Assembly (NCBI RefSeq): GCF_947496875.1
Contig: NZ_CANMEH010000001.1
Span: 251,663-315,662, forward strand
Length of the DNA: 64,000 nt
DNA from: an uncultured Paracoccus sp.
GTDB lineage: Bacteria > Pseudomonadota > Alphaproteobacteria > Rhodobacterales > Rhodobacteraceae
Direction: 5' to 3'
The notes beneath the pieces are model-generated. The model saw nothing but the letters and a program-made list of their open reading frames with translations, had not been told where the DNA came from and searched no databases. The position numbers and the translations under genes were made by a program. Positions 18,780 through 31,295 of this stretch are shown here, piece by piece (position 1 is the stretch's first letter; each line of letters starts with the position of its first letter).

Positions 18780-19439
18780 ATGCCCGACCTCATTGCAAAG
18801 ACCGCCATCGACCGCCGCCTCGCCGAGATCATCCAGCCGGTGATCGAAGATCTGGGGTTCGAACTGGTGCGCCTGCGCCTGCAGGGCGGCAAGACCGCGA
18901 CGCTGCAGATCATGGCGGACCGGCCCGAGGGCGGCATCAATGTCGACGACTGCTCCGACATCTCGGTTGCGGTCAGCGCGACGCTGGACGTCGAGGACCC
19001 GCTTGAGGACGCCTATCACCTGGAGGTGTCCAGCCCGGGGATCGACCGGCCGCTGACCCGGCTGAAGGACTTCGCCACGTTCGAGGGCTATGACGCCCGG
19101 CTGGAAACCAACCAGCCGATCGACGGCCGCAAGCGGTTCAAGGGCGTCCTGGCCGGCGTCGAGGGCGACGAGGTCCTGCTGAACATCACCGAGGGCGGCG
19201 AGGTGCAGACCATCGGCCTGAACTTCGACCTGCTGTCCGATGCCAAGCTGCTGCTGACCGACGAACTGATCGCGATGATGCTGAAGACCCGCAAGGAGGC
19301 AGGGACCCTGCCCGAGGGCGCCGAGGGGGGCGCGGGGATCGGCGACGGGCGGATGACCGATCTGGACGATGCCGCCTTCGACGGCGTCGAGACCGAAACC
19401 GACGAAGACGGCGACGACGCCGACCTGCTCAAGGAGTGA
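18780..19439 (+). CDS. rimP: Ribosome maturation factor RimP
   Basis: ..[42 protein letters not shown]... Directly upstream of nusA. Confidence 0.9.
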   Translation: MPDLIAKTAIDRRLAEIIQPVIEDLGFELVRLRLQGGKTATLQIMADRPEGGINVDDCSDISVAVSATLDVEDPLEDAYHLEVSSPGIDRPLTRLKDFATFEGYDARLETNQPIDGRKRFKGVLAGVEGDEVLLNITEGGEVQTIGLNFDLLSDAKLLLTDELIAMMLKTRKEAGTLPEGAEGGAGIGDGRMTDLDDAAFDGVETETDEDGDDADLLKE

Positions 19440-19442
19440 TTG

Positions 19443-21071
19443 ATGGCCATCACCTCTGCCAACCAGCTTGAACTGCTGCAGACCGCCGAGGCAGTCGCGC
19501 GCGAGAAGATGATCGACCCCGATCTGGTGATCGAGGCGATGGAGGACAGTCTCGCCCGTGCGGCCAAGTCGCGCTACGGCGCCGAGATGGACATCCGGGT
19601 CAAGATCGACCGCAAGACCGGCAATGCCCGGTTCACCCGCATCCGCACCGTGGTCGAGGATGACGCGGTCGAGAACTATCAGGCCCAGGTGACCGCCGAG
19701 CAGGCGCGTCCGTATCTGGACGATCCCAAGGTCGGCGACGAGATCGTCGACGAGGTGCCGCCCGTCGAGCTGGGCCGGATCGCCGCGCAGTCGGCCAAGC
19801 AGGTGATCCTGCAGCGGGTCCGCGAGGCCGAGCGCGACCGCCAGTACGAGGAATTCAAGGATCGCGCCGGCACGATCATCAACGGGATCGTCAAGCGCGA
19901 GGAATACGGCAACATCATCGTGGACGTCGGCCGCGGCGAGGCGATCCTGCGCCGCAACGAGAAGATCGGCCGCGAGAGCTATCGCCCCAACGACCGAATC
20001 CGCGCCTTCGTGAAGGACGTGCGCCGCGAGACGCGCGGGCCGCAGATCTTCCTGTCGCGCACCGACCCGCAGTTCATGGCCGAGCTGTTCAAGATGGAGG
20101 TGCCGGAAATCTATGACGGCGTCATCGAGATCAAGGCGGTCGCCCGAGACCCGGGCAGCCGCGCCAAGATCGCGGTGATTTCCTACGACAACTCGATCGA
20201 TCCGGTCGGTGCCTGCGTCGGGATGCGGGGCAGCCGCGTGCAGGCCGTGGTGGGCGAGCTGCAGGGCGAGAAGATCGACATCATCCCGTGGTCCGAGGAT
20301 CAGGCGACGTTCCTGGTCAACGCGCTGCAGCCGGCCGAGGTCGCCAAGGTCGTCGTCGATCCCGACGCGACCCGCATCGAGGTCGTGGTCCCCGAGGAAC
20401 AGCTGAGCCTGGCCATCGGCCGGCGCGGCCAGAACGTCCGGCTGGCCAGCCAGTTGACCGGCCTCGACATCGACATCCTGACCGAGGAGGAGGAATCCAA
20501 GCGCCGGCAGGCCGAGTTCAACGCCCGCACCCAGCTGTTCATGGACACGCTGGACCTGGACGAGTTCTTTGCCCAGCTGCTGGTCGCCGAAGGGTTCACC
20601 AACCTGGAAGAAGTCGCCTATGTCGAGCAGGGCGAGCTGCTGGCGATCGACGGCGTGGACGATGGCACCGCCGAGGAACTGCAGGCCCGGGCCCGCGACT
20701 ATCTGGAGGCGCAGAATGCCAAGGCGCTGGAGAACGCGCGCGAGCTCGGCGTCGAGGACAGCCTGATCGGGTTCGAGGGGCTGACCCCGCAGATGCTCGA
20801 GGCGCTTGCCAAGGATGACGTCAAGACGCTGGAGGACTTCGCGACCTGCGCTGATTGGGAACTGGCCGGTGGCTGGACCAGCCAGAACGGGCAGCGGGTC
20901 AAGGACGACGGCATCCTGGAGCCCTTCGGCATCTCGCTGGAAGAAGCGCAGGACATGGTGATGACGGCCCGCGTCATGCTGGGCTGGGTCGACCCCGACG
21001 AGTTGCACCCGCTCCGCGACGATGCGGGCACCGAGGAGACCGCCGAAGCCAACACGGAGGCCGGGGTGTAA
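19443..21071 (+). CDS. nusA: Transcription termination/antitermination factor NusA
   Basis: Full-length NusA with S1, KH and C-terminal acidic repeats: [17 protein letters not shown].., [26 protein letters not shown]. Confidence 0.95.
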   Translation: MAITSANQLELLQTAEAVAREKMIDPDLVIEAMEDSLARAAKSRYGAEMDIRVKIDRKTGNARFTRIRTVVEDDAVENYQAQVTAEQARPYLDDPKVGDEIVDEVPPVELGRIAAQSAKQVILQRVREAERDRQYEEFKDRAGTIINGIVKREEYGNIIVDVGRGEAILRRNEKIGRESYRPNDRIRAFVKDVRRETRGPQIFLSRTDPQFMAELFKMEVPEIYDGVIEIKAVARDPGSRAKIAVISYDNSIDPVGACVGMRGSRVQAVVGELQGEKIDIIPWSEDQATFLVNALQPAEVAKVVVDPDATRIEVVVPEEQLSLAIGRRGQNVRLASQLTGLDIDILTEEEESKRRQAEFNARTQLFMDTLDLDEFFAQLLVAEGFTNLEEVAYVEQGELLAIDGVDDGTAEELQARARDYLEAQNAKALENARELGVEDSLIGFEGLTPQMLEALAKDDVKTLEDFATCADWELAGGWTSQNGQRVKDDGILEPFGISLEEAQDMVMTARVMLGWVDPDELHPLRDDAGTEETAEANTEAGV

Positions 21072-21087
21072 CGCCCCGGATCATGGC

Positions 21088-21723
21088 GTGACGCGCGGGG
21101 GTCGGGACAAGGACCGGGACGTGGCCGAGCGGCGCTGCATCGTCACCGGTGAGGTGCAGCCAAAGGCCGGACTGATCCGGTTCGTGGCCGATCCGGACGG
21201 GAATGTCGTGCCGGATCTGGCCGAACGGCTGCCCGGGCGTGGATTCTGGGTGACGGCGGACCGGTGGGCATTGCAGAAGGCGGTCGACAAGGGGCTTTTT
21301 TCCCGCGGCGCGAAGGCCCATGTAAGGGCACCTGACGATCTGGTCGCCGGGCTCGAGTCGGCGCTGGCGCGACGGGTCGTGGAACTGATCTCGCTGTCGC
21401 GCAAGGCGGGCCATGCGGTGGCCGGATTCGAGAAGGTCAAGGACTGGCTGGCAGCCGGCCGCGCCAAGGTCCTGTTCCAGGCCAGCGACGGGTCGGAGCG
21501 CGGCAAGGGCAAGCTGTGGACACCCACCGGCGGACGCTGGTTCGGGTGCCTGACCGCTTCAGAATTGGGTTTGGCTTTCGGCCGCGCGCATGTCATACAC
21601 AGCGCGCTTGCGCCAGGGGGCCTGACCGACAAGGTGATACGGGACGCCGCACGACTGAAAGGTCTGCGCGGGCATGACGGCATTTCGATTGCCGGGAAGG
21701 ATTCGAGAGCGGATGAGCGATAA
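21088..21723 (+). CDS. YlxR-like RNA-binding protein (DUF448) fused to an L7Ae-like domain
   Basis: ..[42 protein letters not shown].. between nusA and infB. Start is GTG 21088 or GTG 21121. Confidence 0.75.
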   Translation: MTRGGRDKDRDVAERRCIVTGEVQPKAGLIRFVADPDGNVVPDLAERLPGRGFWVTADRWALQKAVDKGLFSRGAKAHVRAPDDLVAGLESALARRVVELISLSRKAGHAVAGFEKVKDWLAAGRAKVLFQASDGSERGKGKLWTPTGGRWFGCLTASELGLAFGRAHVIHSALAPGGLTDKVIRDAARLKGLRGHDGISIAGKDSRADER

Positions 21724-24244
21724 AGACGGAAAGAAACCACTGGGGCTTGGCAGCGGGCGCTCGGGTCAGGTGAAGCAGAGCTTCAGCCACGGCCGGACGC
21801 ATAACGTGGTGGTCGAGACCAAGCGCAAGCGCGTCGTGGTGCCCAAGCCGGGCAGCGCGGGTGCGGCGGGCGGTCCTGCGCCGCGGCCGAATTCGCCCGC
21901 AGCCGTCGCGTCGGATCCGTCCAAGCGTCCCGCCGGGATTTCCGAGGCCGAAATGGAGCGCCGGCTGAAGGCGCTGGCCGCGGCTAAGTCGCGTGAAGTC
22001 GCCGAGAACGCTGCCCGCGCCGCCGAGGAAAAGGCCCGCGAGGAAGAACGTGAGCGCCGCCGCGCCGAAATCGAGGCCAAGGAGCGCGAGGATCGCGAGC
22101 GCGAGGAAGCGCTGCGGGCCCGCGCCGAGGAAGAGGCGCGCAAGGCCGAAGAGGCCCGCGTCCGCGCGCAGAAAAAGGCCGAGGTCACCGCCAAGCCCGC
22201 GCAGGCCGGCCCCGCCGACCGCGCCGCCGTCGAGGCGACGGCCGCGCGCGCCGAAACCAAGGGCGTCACGACGGCCCGCCGTCCCGCGGAACGCGACCGG
22301 CCCGATGCCGATCGTGATTCGCGCAGCAAGGCGCGCGGCGACTCGCGCCGCGAGGGCAAGCTGTCGCTGACCCAGGCGCTAGCAGGCGGCGAGGGCGGGC
22401 GGCAGCGGTCGCTCGCCGCGATGAAGCGCAAGCAGGAAAAGGCCCGGGCGAAGGCGCTAGGCCAGGCGCACCGGGCCGAGAAGCAGGTGCGCGATGTCCA
22501 GTTGCCGGAAACCATCGTGGTCAGCGAGCTCGCGAACCGGATGGCCGAACGGTCAGCCGACCTTATCAAGGCGCTGATGAAGATGGGAATGATGGTCACC
22601 GCCAACCAGACCATTGACGCCGACACTGCCGAACTGGTGATCGAGGAATTCGGCCACCGCTCGGTCCGGGTGAGCGATTCCGATGTCGAACAGGTGCTGC
22701 ACACCGAAGATGACGCGCCCGAGAGCCTGCAGACCCGGCCGCCGATCATCACGATCATGGGCCATGTCGACCACGGCAAGACGTCGCTTCTGGACAAGAT
22801 CCGTCAGGCCAACGTCGTCGCCGGCGAGGCGGGCGGGATCACCCAGCATATCGGTGCCTACCAGGTGAGGACCGAAAGCGGCGCGCTGCTGACGTTCCTG
22901 GACACACCCGGTCACGCGGCCTTCACCTCCATGCGGGCGCGCGGCGCCAACGTGACCGACATCGTGGTGCTGGTCGTGGCTGCGGACGACGCGGTCATGC
23001 CGCAGACCGTCGAGGCGATCAATCACGCCAAGGCGGCGAACGTGCCGATGATCGTGGCGATCAACAAGATCGACAAGCCCGCGGCCAACCCGCAGAAGGT
23101 CCGCACCGACCTGCTGCAGCACGAGGTCGTGGTCGAGGCGATGTCGGGCGACGTGCAGGACGTCGAGGTGTCGGCCCATACCGGGCAGGGGCTGGACGAG
23201 TTGCTGGAAGCCATCGCGCTGCAGGCCGAGATCCTGGAACTGCGCGCCAACCCGGACCGCGCCGCGCTTGGCGCGGTGATCGAGGCCAAGCTGGACGTGG
23301 GACGCGGCCCGGTCGCGACCGTTCTGGTCCAGAACGGCACGCTGAAGCAGGGCGACATCTTCGTTGTCGGCGAACAGTGGGGCAAGGTCCGGGCGCTGAT
23401 CGACGACAAGGGCGAGCGGGTGTCCGAGGCAGGGCCGTCGGTCCCGGTCGAAGTGCTGGGCCTGAACGGAACGCCCGAGGCGGGCGACGTGCTGAACGTC
23501 GTCGAGACCGAGGCACAGGCCCGCGAGATCGCGGACTACCGGTCGCAGGCCGCCAAGGACAAACGCGCAGCGGCCGGTGCGGCGACGACGCTGGAGCAGC
23601 TGATGGCAAAGGCCAAGGCCGACCAGACAGTGGCCGAACTGGGTGTCGTCGTGAAGGCGGACGTGCAGGGCTCGGCCGAAGCAATCGTCCAGGCGCTGGA
23701 GAAGGTCGGCAACGAAGAGGTGCGTGTCCGGGTGCTGCATTCGGGCGTGGGCGCGATCACGGAAAGCGATGTTGGCCTGGCCGAGGCGTCGAATGCCCCG
23801 GTGATCGGCTTCAACGTGCGGGCCAACGCGCCCGCGCGCAATTCGGCCAACCAGAAGGGGGTCGAGATCCGCTACTACTCGATCATCTACGATCTGGTGG
23901 ACGACATCAAAGCCGCGGCCTCGGGGCTGCTGTCCGCCGAGGTGCGCGAGAACTTCATCGGTTATGCCGAGATCAAGGACACCTTCCGCGTCACCGGCGT
24001 GGGCAACGTGGCCGGCTGCCTCGTCACCGAAGGGGTGGCGCGGCGTTCCGCCGGCGTCCGTTTGCTGCGCGACAACGTGGTGATCCACGAGGGCACGCTG
24101 AAGACGTTGAAGCGCTTCAAGGATGAGGTCCGCGAGGTTCAGTCCGGGCAGGAATGCGGCATGGCGTTCGAGAATTACGACGACATCCGCAAGGGCGATG
24201 TCATCGAGATCTTCGAGCGCGAAGAGGTCGAGCGGAAGCTGTGA
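21713..24244 (+). CDS. infB: Translation initiation factor IF-2
   Basis: Start ATG 21713 ([13 protein letters not shown]..). G-domain [27 protein letters not shown]. Confidence 0.95.
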   Translation: MSDKDGKKPLGLGSGRSGQVKQSFSHGRTHNVVVETKRKRVVVPKPGSAGAAGGPAPRPNSPAAVASDPSKRPAGISEAEMERRLKALAAAKSREVAENAARAAEEKAREEERERRRAEIEAKEREDREREEALRARAEEEARKAEEARVRAQKKAEVTAKPAQAGPADRAAVEATAARAETKGVTTARRPAERDRPDADRDSRSKARGDSRREGKLSLTQALAGGEGGRQRSLAAMKRKQEKARAKALGQAHRAEKQVRDVQLPETIVVSELANRMAERSADLIKALMKMGMMVTANQTIDADTAELVIEEFGHRSVRVSDSDVEQVLHTEDDAPESLQTRPPIITIMGHVDHGKTSLLDKIRQANVVAGEAGGITQHIGAYQVRTESGALLTFLDTPGHAAFTSMRARGANVTDIVVLVVAADDAVMPQTVEAINHAKAANVPMIVAINKIDKPAANPQKVRTDLLQHEVVVEAMSGDVQDVEVSAHTGQGLDELLEAIALQAEILELRANPDRAALGAVIEAKLDVGRGPVATVLVQNGTLKQGDIFVVGEQWGKVRALIDDKGERVSEAGPSVPVEVLGLNGTPEAGDVLNVVETEAQAREIADYRSQAAKDKRAAAGAATTLEQLMAKAKADQTVAELGVVVKADVQGSAEAIVQALEKVGNEEVRVRVLHSGVGAITESDVGLAEASNAPVIGFNVRANAPARNSANQKGVEIRYYSIIYDLVDDIKAAASGLLSAEVRENFIGYAEIKDTFRVTGVGNVAGCLVTEGVARRSAGVRLLRDNVVIHEGTLKTLKRFKDEVREVQSGQECGMAFENYDDIRKGDVIEIFEREEVERKL

Positions 24245-24297
24245 CATCTGCCGCCTGGTCGGCGCCGCGGTCGAGACCGGACCAGTTCTGCCAATGA

Positions 24298-24330
24298 AAC
24301 GACGCCCGCGCGATCTACGCGGGCGTCGTT
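24298..24330. terminator. Bidirectional intrinsic terminator (infB on +, small ORF on -)
   Basis: Perfect 13-bp stem AACGACGCCCGCG / CGCGGGCGTCGTT with a 7-nt loop. T-containing tails follow on both strands (cgttccgctt on +, tttcattgg on -). Confidence 0.7.
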
Positions 24331-24435
24331 CGTTCCGCTTGTGGTGAAAGGCTCCGGGCGGATCCGGAATGCTCGACGACACGTCTCCCGATCGGTGGGA
24401 AACGGGCTCAGCCGAGAGCCAGCACCCCGCTCACC

Positions 24436-24564
24436 TCAGCGGCTGACCGGCTTGCCCTGATAGGTCTGCTGACCCACGCGCACGACGATGTTGCCGTTGC
24501 CCAGATCGGTTTCGAACTGCCCCTGAATGGAGATGCAGCTCCCGACCGTGATTGTTCGAATCAT
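24436..24564 (-). CDS. Candidate small protein (42 aa), function unknown
   Basis: Not in the ORF track because it is under 60 aa. ATG 24564 is preceded by GGAGG at 7-nt spacing. Sequence MIRTITVGSCISIQGQFETDLGNGNIVVRVGQQTYQGKPVSR, stop TGA. A bidirectional terminator lies about 100 nt downstream. Confidence 0.4.
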   Translation of the reverse strand: MIRTITVGSCISIQGQFETDLGNGNIVVRVGQQTYQGKPVSR

Positions 24565-24707
24565 GATGTCCCCTCCGCTTTTTATGCCTCAAGTATGATC
24601 CGATCATCGCGCCAGGAAAGTTGAGAACTGCCTAATCGGGCGCCCCGACTGCCCTCCCGCGCAGCATTTTGGCCGAGTGTTGCGTCAGGGGCACAACCGC
24701 TGGTAGA

Positions 24708-25178
24708 TCACGGCAGCCAGTCGCGCAGGATGGGAACCAGCGGCACGTCTGCCGGCGGCATCGGATAGTCGCGCAGCCGTTGCGCGCGAACCCAGGCCAG
24801 CGCCTGACCTTCCTGCCCGCGGGGCACCCCCGACCAGCGGCGGCAGGCGAACAGCGGCATCAGCAGATGCACATCGTCGTAGGCGTGGCTGGCGAATGTC
24901 AGCGGGGCGAGGCATGACTGCCAGGTCTGGATTCCCAGTTCCTCGTCCAGTTCGCGGATCAGGGCGGCTTCCGGGGTCTCGCCGGGATCCACCTTGCCGC
25001 CCGGAAATTCCCACAAGCCCGCCATGTCCTTGCCCGGGGGACGCTGCGCCAGCAGCACCCGCCCGTCCGCGTCGATCAGCGCCACCGCCGCCACCAGCAG
25101 CAGGCGTTTGCCGGGCGCTGGATCAGGCACCGCAGCCGTCTGTCGGTCCTGCGCCCCGCCGAGGACAGGGCTGCTCAC
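24708..25178 (-). CDS. mutT: NUDIX hydrolase, MutT-like (8-oxo-dGTP diphosphatase)
   Basis: Nudix box GLWEFPGGKVDPGETPEAALIRELDEELGI. ATGA overlap with the argJ stop. Confidence 0.8.
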   Translation of the reverse strand: MSSPVLGGAQDRQTAAVPDPAPGKRLLLVAAVALIDADGRVLLAQRPPGKDMAGLWEFPGGKVDPGETPEAALIRELDEELGIQTWQSCLAPLTFASHAYDDVHLLMPLFACRRWSGVPRGQEGQALAWVRAQRLRDYPMPPADVPLVPILRDWLP

Positions 25179-26536
25179 GAGCGGTAATCGGCGTTGATGT
25201 CGATGTAGCGGTGGGTCAGGTCGCAGGTCCAGACGGTGCGCGAAAACCGCCCCAGCCCGAGATCGATGCCGATCACCAGCCGGTCGTTCCGCATGTAGGC
25301 GCTTGCCGCGGCCTCGTCATAGCTCGGCGACCGCCAGCCGTTTTCGGCCAGCACCATGTCGCCGAAGCGGATCGACAGCCGGTCGCGATCCGCCTGTGCA
25401 CCGGACTTGCCGACGGCGGCGACCACCCGGCCCCAGTTCGCGTCCTCGCCGGCAATCGCGGTCTTGACCAGCGGCGAGTTGGCGACCGCCATGGCGACAC
25501 GATGCGCGTCGTGGCGGGACACTGCCCCGGTGACCCGCACCTCGACAAACTTGGTCGCCCCTTCGCCGTCCATGACGACCTGCTGCGCCAGATCGCGCAT
25601 CACCTGCCCTAGCGCGGCCGAAAACTCCCGCGCGGGCCTGGCGCGCAGGTCGGTGATCGGGCGGGCGGGGGACGTGCCGGTCGCCGCCAGGATCAACGCG
25701 TCGCTGGTCGAGGTGTCGCTGTCCACGGTGATGGCATTGAAACTGTCGTCCAGCTGCCGGGACAGCATCCGCTGCAGCAGCTTGGGGGCGATCGCCGCAT
25801 CCGTGAACAGATAGACCAGCATCGTCGCCATATCGGGCGCGATCATCCCGGAGCCCTTGGCGATGCCGACGATGCGGATCGGACCACCGTCGCCCTGCAG
25901 TTCGGCCGCGGCCCCTTTCGGAAAGGTGTCGGTGGTCATGATCGCCCGGGCGGCCCTGTCGATGCCGCCGGGGTCCAGACCCGCCACCAGATCATCGACG
26001 ATGCCGGTGATGCGCTCGGCGGGCAGCGGCTCGCCGATCACCCCGGTCGAGTTTGAAAACACGCGCTTGGCCGGGATGTCCAGCGCCTGCGCCACCGCGG
26101 CCGTCACGCTGTCCACCGCATCCTGCCCCTGCGCGCCGGTAAAGGCATTCGCGTTGCCGGAATTGACGATGATCGCGGCACCCTGGTCCGCGATCTGCGT
26201 GCCCCTCAGCTTGGCCTGGCAATCCAGGATGCAGGCGGCCCGCGTCGATGAGCGGGTGAAGGCGCCAGCGATGGCGGTGCCGGGCGCCAGCCGCACCAGC
26301 ATCACGTCGGTGCGTCCCTGGTAGCGGACCCCCGCCGCGCCGGCGGCGAACGCCACGCCATCGATTGCCGGCAGGTCGGGAAACCGTTCAGGGGCAAGCG
26401 GCGACACGATGACCTGCTTGACCGGGGTGGCGCCCTTGGCGGGCGCGCCCGTGTCCGGCTTCGCCTTCTTGTCCTTGCGGTCCTTCTTGCCGGCCTTGCC
26501 CGCCTTCTTGTCGGCTTTCTTCCCGTCCCTGGCCAT
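25175..26536 (-). CDS. argJ: Bifunctional glutamate N-acetyltransferase / amino-acid acetyltransferase with a Lys-rich N-terminal extension
   Basis: ArgJ core (..GIAKGSGMIAPDMATMLVYLFTDA.., ..ITVDSDTSTSD..). Start ATG 26536 gives MARDGKKADKKAGKAGKKDRKDKKAKPD... Confidence 0.9.
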   Translation of the reverse strand: MARDGKKADKKAGKAGKKDRKDKKAKPDTGAPAKGATPVKQVIVSPLAPERFPDLPAIDGVAFAAGAAGVRYQGRTDVMLVRLAPGTAIAGAFTRSSTRAACILDCQAKLRGTQIADQGAAIIVNSGNANAFTGAQGQDAVDSVTAAVAQALDIPAKRVFSNSTGVIGEPLPAERITGIVDDLVAGLDPGGIDRAARAIMTTDTFPKGAAAELQGDGGPIRIVGIAKGSGMIAPDMATMLVYLFTDAAIAPKLLQRMLSRQLDDSFNAITVDSDTSTSDALILAATGTSPARPITDLRARPAREFSAALGQVMRDLAQQVVMDGEGATKFVEVRVTGAVSRHDAHRVAMAVANSPLVKTAIAGEDANWGRVVAAVGKSGAQADRDRLSIRFGDMVLAENGWRSPSYDEAAASAYMRNDRLVIGIDLGLGRFSRTVWTCDLTHRYIDINADYRS

Positions 26537-26544
26537 GGCCTGCC

Positions 26545-27384
26545 TCACTTGTTGAGCATGTCCGTCTTGTTCAGCAGCGAAGCATCAAGGTCCGGGGTCT
26601 TTTCGACCGTCGCCTCGGCAGTCAGGCGCTGGATCTCGGCCTCGACCCGCTCGCGGCGGATCTGCGTCGCCAGCTGGTCGCGCACGGCGTCGAACTCGGG
26701 CGGCTGCTGGACGCGCTGGTCGATCAGCTTGACCACGTGCCAGCCGAACTGCGACTGCACCGGGGCAGATACCGCCCCCTTCTCCAGCGCGACAACAGCG
26801 TCGGCAAACGGCTTGACCATCTGGTCGGGGGTGAACCAGCCCAGATCGCCCTTGTTCTGGCCCGAGCTGTCGGTCGACTTCTCCGCGGCGAGGGTGCCGA
26901 AATCGGCGCCCTTGCCCAGCTCGTCGACGATCGCCTGCGCCTCCTCCTCGGTCGCGACCAGGATATGCGCGGCATTGTATTCGGTCTTGGGCGCGGCATC
27001 GGAGCCGTACAGCCGGTCATAGGCGGCCTGCAGTTCTTCCTCGGTGGGCTCGGGCGCGGCCACCCGTTCCAGCGCGGCACCGGCCAGATACGCGCGACGA
27101 TCGATCTCGATGGCGGCGGTGTCGCGGGCGGTCATGGTGCTGGCCCCCAGCTGCGACACGGCGGTCTGCCGGATCATCTGGTCCAGCATCAGATCCCACA
27201 GCGCCTTGTCCGGCATGCCGCCGGTCTGCTGCTCGTTCAGGGATGACCGCATGGCGATCATCTGGCCCAGGGTGATCTCTTCGCCATTCACGGTGGCAAC
27301 CACGGTTTCGGCGTCCTGCGCCAGGACAGGGGTGGCCAGCGGGGACGCGCACAGGGCGATTGCGGCAAGCATCGGACGGATCAT
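26545..27384 (-). CDS. Periplasmic peptidyl-prolyl cis-trans isomerase (SurA-N + parvulin/PpiC domain)
   Basis: Signal peptide MIRPMLAAIALCASPLATPVLAQD. Parvulin motif ..YNAAHILV..GDLGWFTPDQMVKPFADAV..SQFGWHVVKL. Alternative starts at 27402 and 27411. Confidence 0.8.
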   Translation of the reverse strand: MIRPMLAAIALCASPLATPVLAQDAETVVATVNGEEITLGQMIAMRSSLNEQQTGGMPDKALWDLMLDQMIRQTAVSQLGASTMTARDTAAIEIDRRAYLAGAALERVAAPEPTEEELQAAYDRLYGSDAAPKTEYNAAHILVATEEEAQAIVDELGKGADFGTLAAEKSTDSSGQNKGDLGWFTPDQMVKPFADAVVALEKGAVSAPVQSQFGWHVVKLIDQRVQQPPEFDAVRDQLATQIRRERVEAEIQRLTAEATVEKTPDLDASLLNKTDMLNK

Positions 27385-27437
27385 GGGTTTCCTTTCGGGC
27401 ATGGCGCGCATGACGGGCAGTTGACCCGGCGCCGGCG

Positions 27438-27466
27438 TTGACAGGGCAGCGGGTGGGGCATACATC
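27438..27466 (+). promoter_or_regulatory. Candidate secA promoter (TTGACA-N17-TACATC)
   Basis: Perfect -35 hexamer at 27438-27443 and a weak -10 at 27461-27466. Motif match only. Confidence 0.25.
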
Positions 27467-27576
27467 CGGCGCAACCGAAATCTGCGCGCCCGCCGCCGCT
27501 TTTCCGGCCTGTGATAGGGCAAGGGCCTCGGTGCGGGCAAGTGGCAACACCTGCGCGTTCCCCGACGAAGGACATC

Positions 27577-30282
<2,706 letters not shown>

Positions 30283-30324
30283 CGGGGCAGGGCGCGGTGG
30301 CAGGGCCCTTGGCGCCGCGCTGCC

Positions 30325-30556
30325 TCAGTTGCCCACCCGCAGCCGGCCCGCCAGCGCGGCGGCCAGCAACGCGGCGAAGCGGGCAAACGATGTCGCGGGT
30401 GGTATCGGTCGAGCCGTCGTCCGAGACCACCAGCCGCCACCGTGGCAAGGTCTGCGCCGTCAGGCTGTCAAGCTGCGCACCCAGGAACCGCGCGCCGTTA
30501 TAGCTGCCGAGTGCTATCATGACGCTGGCGGAGGCATCGGGGGTAGCGGGGGGCAT
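30325..30556 (-). pseudogene. Remnant of a family-2 glycosyltransferase gene (N-terminal ~70-85 codons only, frameshifted)
   Basis: ..ASVMIALGSYNGARFLGAQLDSLTAQTLPRWRLVVSDDGSTDTTRDIV matches the GT2 N-terminal DxD region. Beyond that the frame degenerates. A -1/+1 shifted frame reads FARFAALLAAALAGRLRVGN* and then abuts the secA 3' end. Confidence 0.55.
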
Positions 30557-30682
30557 GGTGTGCAACTGGGGCAGGTCAGGACAATACATGGGCCTGCGCT
30601 AATCAATCCGGGCAGCACTTGCCAGCCGCCGCGCCGAGGCGGGGGAAGAGGCCGGGAAACTCGTCCCGGGCGATCGAAACTT

Positions 30683-30708
30683 GGAACCTTTGGGCGAAGG
30701 TCCGGGTT
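30683..30708 (+). promoter_or_regulatory. Candidate EcfG-type (general stress sigma) promoter upstream of the first ysnF gene
   Basis: GGAAC (30683-30687), N17, GGTT (30705-30708), compared with the alphaproteobacterial EcfG consensus GGAAC-N16-17-CGTT. Lies about 65 nt upstream of ATG 30774. Confidence 0.35.
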
Positions 30709-30773
30709 GGATGGGCAGCGCAGGGAAATGTGATCCTGCCGGTTGACGATCATCTGTTTTTCGAGGAGCGGCC

Positions 30774-31256
30774 ATGCCCGATGTCAGCGACGACAAAGGT
30801 CTTCCGGACACGGGCATGGCCGCCTCCGAGCGTCCTGACGGGGATCGCCAGACCTTGGAGATCGCGCAGGAATTCGCCAGTGTCGGCGTGGTTCGGGAAG
30901 AGGTCGGCTCCGTCCGCGTCAGAACCGTCACGGACGTGTTCGACAGCGTCGTGCCTGTCACCCTGCGCGCCGAGGCGATCGAGGTGACGCGGCACAGGAT
31001 CGACCGCGAAGTCGACGCCGCGCCAGAGCCCAGGATCGAGGGCGAGCTGACCATCATCCCGGTGGTCGAAGAGCGCGCCGTCGTTGTCACTCGTCTGTTC
31101 GTGACGGAAGAGATCCATATCCGCCGCAAGGTGGAGGAAGAAACCGTTGAACTGCCGGTCAGCCTGCAGCGCCAGCGCGCCGTCGTCGAACGGTTCGACC
31201 CGGACGGCGCGCCCAGGCCCGCCCAGCCCGGGGATGAACCGGATGCGACCAGCTGA
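30774..31256 (+). CDS. YsnF/AvaK-domain (DUF2382) stress protein
   Basis: Repeated ..EEVGSVRVRTV.., ..IPVVEERAVVVTR..EEIHIRRKVEEETVE.. pattern is typical of DUF2382. Confidence 0.8.
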   Translation: MPDVSDDKGLPDTGMAASERPDGDRQTLEIAQEFASVGVVREEVGSVRVRTVTDVFDSVVPVTLRAEAIEVTRHRIDREVDAAPEPRIEGELTIIPVVEERAVVVTRLFVTEEIHIRRKVEEETVELPVSLQRQRAVVERFDPDGAPRPAQPGDEPDATS

Positions 31257-31295
31257 TCACACGACACCCCTCTAGTAACGATTGGAAAGTTAACA

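Noticed and set aside
18678-21008. Very long ORFs antisense to bona fide genes: 776 aa opposite rimP/nusA; 60227..62617 opposite rpsA; 22553..24382 opposite infB; 47342..49276 opposite sufB; 28693..29910 opposite secA; 51325..52986 opposite comM; 31290..32894; 26545..28608 upstream part.
   Set aside because: Their translations are low-complexity and Arg/Gly/Pro/Asp/His-rich, with no recognisable domains. The opposite strand encodes textbook proteins. High third-position GC removes stop codons from antisense frames, so these are compositional artefacts.
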